Shown here piece by piece: positions 57,301 to 64,000 of a stretch of 64,000 nt of DNA. Source of the DNA: Malacoraja senta (Eukaryota); the NCBI GenBank assembly GCA_038087875.1, contig CM075993.1:248001-312000 (forward strand), written 5' to 3'. The notes under the pieces are model-generated. The model saw only the letters and a program-made list of their open reading frames with translations, did not search any database and had not been told where the DNA came from. The position numbers were made by a program, and so were the translations under genes. How positions within the stretch are numbered: the stretch's first letter is position 1; every line of letters begins with the position of its first letter.

Positions 57301-60300
57301 CGAGGAAAACTATCCCAGCTTCTCCGGACGCTCTTTACATCTCAGCTCTCCTCTCGGAACAGTCTTGTGAATCTTCTCTTCCCCCTCTCTGGTTCAATCA
57401 CCTCCTCCCTGTAGCAATGCCGACCAGAACTGCACACAATACAGCAGGTGTGGTCTCACCAACGCCTTGTAACATGATGTCCACTCATGTTGCCTAATGA
57501 CGTATCTGAATGAGTGACGGACTGACCCCACTGACCACTGCCACACGCAGGTCAACTGGGCTGTGGACCGAACACTGACCAATAACAATAAATGGCAGGA
57601 ACTCTCAGCCAGGCTGGCTCGAGATTTGAAGGAGACAAAAGAGTGCTGAGGACATACAACCTCTTCTGTTCAAAGCCTCCACATCCTTCCTGTAATCAGG
57701 CAACCAGAACTGCACAATAGTTTAGTTTATTGTCACGTGTACTGAGGTACAGTGAAAACCTTTTGTTGCTTGCTGTCCAGTCAAAGAAAAACCTGTACAA
57801 TGATTACAATGACAGTGTGCAGATAAATAAAGATGTAAAAGAGTGGAGCGATTGTAATGTTTGATGGCATCTCCTCATCTGGGACCAGCAGGCAGAGAGT
57901 CGCCACACTCTGGTGCCAATGCTCCAGATGTGGCCTCACCAAGGTCTTATAGAGTAGAGCTGCAACATGACTTCCTGACCTATACTCATCACCTGGATCA
58001 ATGATGGCAAGCAGGCCCACCCTCTCTCTTGCCCCAGGGGTCAGTCTTGCCCCAGGGGCCACAGTCTTGCCCAGGGGCCGTCTGTTACGGTGCTACTTGG
58101 TCGTGCCCCTCACTACTCACATGTGGCACATCTTCCATGTGTATGACGGGTAGCTCCTGGAGGAGGTGGTGCCACTGCCTGCAGCTCGGGGAGTCGTGCA
58201 TGCGCTGTGCCCGTTGCTGAAGTGCCAGTCGGTGTCCCGCATGCACCCGTACATCAGCCAACGCTGCCCTTATGCACGCCACTGCCTGCAGCAAAGTCAC
58301 AAACGCCGGGTCAATGGCAGCAGAACAATGATAGAGACAAGCTGTGTGTGAATCACCACGTTCCCGGTTAAGCTGGACCCAGCCGGGCGGTGTGGGTTAG
58401 TGAGGATGCGGCCACACCGGGTGCCCGTCGGCACAACATGTAAACACGGCACTGTTACTGGGGTTAGAGGTTACCGGGGTTGCCGCGGTTACCTGTTCCG
58501 GCTGTCTCAGATGTTGCTGCAGGTTGAGTGACAGCCGGTCCCACCAGTGGCCACGGCTCTCTGGGCAGAAGTCGCTCTGGTCCAGGAGCTTCCTCAACTC
58601 CACCACCGCCTCCTGGCAACAACAAGGGCATTGGACAGCGGCACTGAGCTCAGCACAACACAGCCCCTCCTTCCCTCTCCCCCCTTCCCACCAGCTATGC
58701 TAATCACCTTGCCCATCTACACTAATCCCAGCAGCCCCCACAAGCTCTGTACCCTCTGCCTTTCCAGAAGAATCAAGCATGGTGCCACCCCCCCGTCGGC
58801 AGCGAGTTCTCCATAAACCCCTCAGACCTTCCACGATAAACAAAGGCAACCTTGACCCCAGTCCTGCCTCCCCCCCCCCCCCAGCCCGCGGTGGTCAGCA
58901 CCATCCTCACCGTGTACATGTGCAGCCGCTGTAGAACCTCCACCCCTCTGCAGCGGACACTGGTGTAGACCCAGCCGGCGGTGAAGCATCGCAGGTAAAC
59001 TGGCAGCTGCCGCCACAACCTGCAATCACCGCACGGTTCAGCCGTCACGGTAGGGAGAGTCACTGCTCGGTAGGTAGAACGCAGGGTCAAACCTACCACT
59101 CCCCACCCTTACCCCCCCCCCTCCCCCTTCAGCCCACGTGTCCCCACCCCAGTCGGCACTTGCAAAGGCATCGTTTCCCTGAAACATTTAACAGGAAGTT
59201 GGTCACCTATCCAATCCCTTTACTCCTCCCCTCTCTCCGAGAATTTGAGAGCTTTAATTTAGTCAAGTTTCAACAATTAATCAATGTATGAAAGTGAGGT
59301 GTGTTAGTTGGAACTGTTTCTCAAACCCCCACCACCACAAACTAATGTTACCCTTCCCTCGAATGCCTGTGGCCACATTAGTGGCTTTGCAAGGTGCTTC
59401 CACAGGACCTGTAGGTAGTTGCTGGGCAGGGGAGGTTGGAGAGCTTAGAGCAGTGTTGCCACTGCCATAGCAGGCTAGCTACATGGATATAGGGTGTGAG
59501 TGTGGAGCCGTCCTTACCAGAGGTTACTGCTGTTGTCCAGGTGGCTCCACGTCTCCTTGGCCCTTTGATAAATCTGCAGAGCAACTTCCCAGTCCTTGGC
59601 GGCCATTGCTGCTCCCAGCTCAGCCAGCGTGTGACAGGCTGCTTCATACCTGCAACACAACGCAGCCAGTCACCACATCTCCCTCAATCATAGAAACAGG
59701 CCATTCAGCCCCTCATTTAACAGCTCTAACTAATCTGCCCCCTGCCCCTGACAGCAATGCTGTTGAAACCTCAGGGGCCGGTGCTCACACATGTCTCAGT
59801 GGCGACTAACTGTAACGCCACCTGAGCTTCAGTGTTTATCAAATCCAACATCGCTACAATTCTCTAATCTGTCAAACCATTGTAAATCTTTGCAGTGAAC
59901 AGCAGAATTCTCCAGTTTTGTACTTCATGTCTCGCATAATAAAGGAAGCGCCCAGCGAGTCTCTGTAACCACCTTTGCCACCGTGATGCTCATGATCTGT
60001 GAATGTACACCCCAACATTGCCGTTCTTTACACCAGTCCCCTCTCTTGCACCTCCCCCAATGCATTTTCTACCAGTGAAAGATTTGGACTCACGTTTAGG
60101 AAGAGAATTAACAAAATACGCAGCTCACACTTCAGAAGTGAGAATTAAGCAAGTAATATAACGATTGCATGAGGCTCCACCAACAATAGATCCAATAATC
60201 AGTCCATATATTCAGTTACATATCAGCTATGCCCTAAATCATGATGATCCCTGGGTCAGTGCCTGTACAGGCAGAGTTCCTGGACCACCTGGGATTCATC

Positions 60301-61907
60301 TGTGAACTCGTGACTGGATGTAAGTGGCCCCACACTGGATGTTCCCACACTGGGTGTAGGTGTTCCCACACTGGGTGTAGGTGTTCCCACACTGGGTGTA
60401 GGTGTTCCCACACTGGATGTTCCCACACTGGGTGTTCCCTCACTGGGTGTAGGTGTTCCCACACTGGATGTTCCCACACTGGGTGTTCCCACATTGGGTG
60501 TTCCCATACTGGATGTTACCACACTGGGTGCAGGTGTTCCCTTACCTGAGCAAGTCCTCTCTGTTCTGGAAGATCTTGGCCTCCCTGTGGATGGTGTAAT
60601 GTGGGAAGGTGAGCCGGCCCATGTTGACCAGCAGTAGTGTAGACAACTGGTTCTGACCGGCGCATGCCGCATCCTCCTCGTCCATCGGCTCCGTCAGGGA
60701 GTAAAGCAACAGCACTCGTGAGAAGACGGCGCGGGCGGCTATCGATATGCGCACACAGGGCCCAACCATCTCCTTCATCCTGACAACACAAGGCCCAGAA
60801 AACACAATGACCACAATGTCACCACCCCCAGCCCCTCCCTCTACTCTCCATACACCCCTCTCTGCGCCCTGTGCCAGCCCCTACCTTGCTCACGAGCCCA
60901 GGCCACCGACCAGCTGAAGAGCCAGGTTATGGTGCAGTGAATGATGCCTGACCACGGCCGGCAACAGGCCGGCACTGCCCGTCTGTGCCGGGACAACATC
61001 GAGTAAACCACAAGAACTGGTCGGGGAGCACCGCGCCTGGCCTGGCAGCACCGGGAGATTATCCCTGACTGGATAGCAGACAGCAGAACCAGCAACCACC
61101 CCACAGGCTGCCGGTGAACAACAAATGTTGCAGCACCATGGGCAATAACTCTCACCCCCAGCCTAACACAAGAGGCGGCACTGGGACGCAGCGGGTAGAG
61201 TTGCTGCTTCACAGCGCCAGAGACCCAGGTTCCACCCTGATCTCAGGTGCTGTCTGTGTGGAGTTTGCACATTCCCCCTGTGACTTACGTGGGTTTCCTC
61301 CGGGTGCTCTGGTTCCCTCCCACAACCCAAAGACTTGCGGGTTCGTAAGTTAATTGCTCCTAGTGTGTAGGATGCAAACACGGAACTAGTGTGCACGGTT
61401 GATGGATGGGCGACATGGACTCGATGGGCAGAACGGCCTGTTTCCGTGCTGTCTCTAAAACGAATAAACTAAAACTGAAGAGGTGTGGCTGCAAGAACTC
61501 TCCAGAACGTTGCCATGTTTCCCGCCAACACTGATCGCGAGCAGCAAAGCATCTTCTCCCCATCCCGTACCCACACCCCATACCACCCCACTGTGCCTGC
61601 CTCCCCCCATATCCCGCTCCCGGCGCCAGCTCCTCCTCCCACCCCCCACCCCCATACCCAGTGCCAGGTCCCCTCCCCCCAGGACTCAGTACCCAGTGCC
61701 AGTGTGCGTGGTAGCACCTGGTCAGAATGGCAGACCCAGGACTACGATTCACGCTGAAGATCGACTGCTGCTTGGCCAAGCTCAGCAATGACCCAATCAT
61801 CTCCGACCTCTGACCCTGGGCCCGCAAATGGAAGTGTCTGGTCAGCAGTTTGAGTTCAGAAGCCGTCAGCAGGGCCAGGCCGTGGGAAACATCGTGCAGC
61901 TCAGCCT
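54228..61907 (-). CDS. FAN1: FAN1 (FANCD2/FANCI-associated nuclease 1), 3' part with SAP, TPR and VRR-NUC domains; 5' exons lie beyond the window end
   Basis: 10 GT-AG exons in frame; motifs [15 protein letters not shown] and [15 protein letters not shown] (PD-(D/E)xK); convergent with MTMR10 as in human. Confidence 0.96.
54506..54634 (-). CDS. FAN1: FAN1 exon (SLVSCLGG...GGLPDLVVW...QYK)
   Basis: AG/GT bounded, 129 nt. Confidence 0.93.
55670..55864 (-). CDS. FAN1: FAN1 exon ([12 protein letters not shown]...[14 protein letters not shown])
   Basis: AG/GT bounded, 195 nt. Confidence 0.93.
56424..56527 (-). CDS. FAN1: FAN1 exon ([20 protein letters not shown]...VFRNPFQ)
   Basis: AG/GT bounded, 104 nt. 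Confidence 0.93.
56607..56742 (-). CDS. FAN1: FAN1 exon (VTIKGRACP...[18 protein letters not shown])
   Basis: AG/GT bounded, 136 nt. Confidence 0.92.
58121..58285 (-). CDS. FAN1: FAN1 exon ([11 protein letters not shown]...[10 protein letters not shown]...DVPH)
   Basis: AG/GT bounded, 165 nt. Confidence 0.92.
58493..58612 (-). CDS. FAN1: FAN1 exon ([10 protein letters not shown]...[17 protein letters not shown])
   Basis: AG/GT bounded, 120 nt. Confidence 0.92.
58911..59019 (-). CDS. FAN1: FAN1 exon ([15 protein letters not shown]...[11 protein letters not shown])
   Basis: AG/GT bounded, 109 nt. Confidence 0.92.
59518..59649 (-). CDS. FAN1: FAN1 exon ([23 protein letters not shown]...)
   Basis: AG/GT bounded, 132 nt; phases consistent. 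Confidence 0.88.
60325..60541. repeat. 15/21-bp minisatellite (cccacactgggtgtaggtgtt)n next to a FAN1 donor
   Basis: Visible tandem array. Confidence 0.88.
60546..60779 (-). CDS. FAN1: FAN1 exon ([11 protein letters not shown]...[10 protein letters not shown]...IFQNREDLL)
   Basis: AG/GT bounded, 234 nt. Confidence 0.93.
61173..61460 (+). mobile_element. tRNA-derived SINE
   Basis: Same family as 3925-4226. Confidence 0.7.
61718..61907 (-). CDS. FAN1: FAN1 exon, SAP domain ([21 protein letters not shown]...SAILT)
   Basis: AG/GT bounded, 190 nt. Confidence 0.88.
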
Positions 61908-62814
61908 CTGGGGGGAGGGAAAGGACACGGTCAGAGACAGCGAGGTCCAGCGGTCCCAGGCTGACCACGGTCAGGGCCATAACCCGGAGCCCCAAGCACA
62001 AGCCCCGAGCCCAGGCCCGGAGCTCCAAGCTCAGACCCCAAATTCAGGTCCGGAGCCCAGGCCCGGAGCTCCAAGCACAAGCCACGAGCCCAGGCCCTGA
62101 GCTCCAAGCTCAGACCAAATTCACCAAATTATTTTAAAAGGTGATAGAGACAGAGAAAATGCTGCCAGAGGCCAAGACACATGAGGTCGGGCAAGAGCAC
62201 ATCACAGCTTGAACTCAGAGGGGCGGCAGGAATGGTCAATGTTTCAGGTCAAAAACTTTTTTCTGCATTGAGTGGAGTCATAGGTAACAAAAGCCTTTCA
62301 CTGTACCTCGGCATAAAGGAGAGGGAGTGGTGTAACAGAAGCAGGAGGTGACCTGTGGATAGAGCAGGGTGAGGGGGAGGTGAACCCTGCTGGGGCAGTA
62401 AGTGGGAACAATGCTGGCAGTGTGAGCATCTAAGAAAGGTGATAATGGAACCACTAGGGAGTGGGGTGGAAGCAGAACCAAATGGGGGTTGTGGGAGAAA
62501 TGTGTGTGTGGATGGGACCAGGAGAGGGGGGGAGGGCAATGAAAATGGGACAAGAGGGGGTTGGAAATGGAGGAGTGAAAGGGCTGCAGGGATGGTGGAG
62601 GAGTGGGGGAGGGTAAATGTAATGTTCAGACACACAACCAAGGCAGAATATGAGATGTTTGTCTAGTTAGCATTGGGCTTCACTGGCCGTGGAGAAGGCT
62701 GAGGTCATTGTGGGGACGGGGAGCTGTAACCAGGAGCTGGGGTGGTCATTATGGTCACAGGTCCCCTTTACCCCCCTATCCACCCGTCTCACTCCTCACC
62801 CTCTCCTCTTTATA

Positions 62815-63840
62815 TAGGTATGTTACAATACTTACCTTCAGCGGCGCTGCAATTCTGCCACTGGCCGTGTGCGCGATTTTGGCGTCTTTGAGGGGGGGGG
62901 GGGGTTAAAACGCGGGTTTCTCCTACCTTGTCCTGAATTATATTTCGTTGGAGTGCAAGCTTTTGCTGAAGAATCGTTCCGACTGGCGTCCTGTATATTT
63001 TTTATTTTTATTCGCCCGACAAGTTCAGCGCTGGAGCAATTTTAAAATCAGCTTCTAAAGCCGTCAACGCCGACAACGGGGATGGATTTCATGCACGGGA
63101 CAGGTAAACGAAAGCCGTTTATTTTATGTATAAAAGTGCTTCTTAAGAGGCCTTTAATTCACATTTTAAGTTGCGAAACGGTGATTTTTTCCCCCGAATG
63201 AACCGGCAGTATTTTTCATGCCGATACGGGTTTAAATTCACCGCAAATGCAACGTTCCAATTGATCGCGTTCCAGAAAAACCCACTCGCAAGATGATTTA
63301 AATGCCCATTAATTTACAGGTATTAAACATTAAATTCCTTCCATTTGGCCTATAAATCCATGACAATGAGATTTAAAAATTATGTTATATTGTGAATTCT
63401 TGTGTGAATGTTATTTGGACACAGGCTATTTAAAAATATTAATCTATTCTTAAGAAATTGATAGATGTTTAGATCTAGTAATTGAATTTTGTAATTAGCT
63501 ACAATTAGGTAACTAACTAATTATATGCTTTAATTTCATGTCATCTAAGTAAGATTGTTTCATATTTGTTTCAGAATGCTTCAATCTATAATAACTGAAA
63601 ATTTCTTTCAGTTCTCTTAATTTTTAAGAAAGTTATGGGCTTTTGACTGTCCTCGATCACAGCTTTTGTGTTGTCAATGGAAAAGCAATAGGGAACAAGA
63701 TGCTAATTTCCGAGTATGAAAATTGCCATAACCTTTTTAATACTGAAGATATGAAAGTGAATTAGGTGTCAAATTAAACGTCTTTTTATGCTTTATCTGA
63801 TGGGATTAATTACAGACTTGATTTTTAAAATCTCAAAATA
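62815..63840. mobile_element. Probable non-autonomous DNA transposon fragment (CpG-rich left part, AT-rich right part)
   Basis: Abrupt compositional shift with no coding signal; I could not confirm a TIR pair. Confidence 0.35.
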
Positions 63841-64000
63841 AAGTATCATTGCTACTTTATACCACCGATTCCCCTTCTCCACTCTGTCCTGATGCAGGGT
63901 TTCAACCTGAAATGTCGACCATTCCATACCTCCACCAGTACTGTACTCAAGGGGTCCATACCTGTCTGAACCAGGCCAGCCAGGGCCAGTTCATCGATGA

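Overview
Vertebrate genomic DNA; the repeat content and intron style suggest a cartilaginous fish, probably a skate or ray (inference). The window holds the conserved TRPM1-MTMR10-FAN1 block (human 15q13.3 order and orientation): the last 7 coding exons of TRPM1 (+, 1639-14809, including the diagnostic 21-nt LYAMEIN pore microexon), a complete MTMR10 pseudophosphatase (+, about 749-769 aa, stop at 49598) and the last 10 coding exons of FAN1 (-, 61907-54228, VRR-NUC catalytic residues intact). The MTMR10 5' end (21101-28565) is repeated almost identically at 28766-35863 across a 200-N gap, most likely a haplotype false duplication. Notable oddities: a 1-nt frameshift in a TRPM1 transmembrane exon; an alternative 18-nt pore-loop donor; a composite long-TIR element between TRPM1 and MTMR10 carrying divergent CTCF-like motifs, a nested Helitron and inverted copies of neighbouring DNA (including the MTMR10 upstream CCAAT region); an orphan Ig V-domain pseudo-exon; three hAT-type MITEs with 8-bp TSDs; a perfect 157-bp palindrome with a TSD; and a minisatellite made of amplified splice-acceptor sequence. 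All calls were made by eye; no searches were run.
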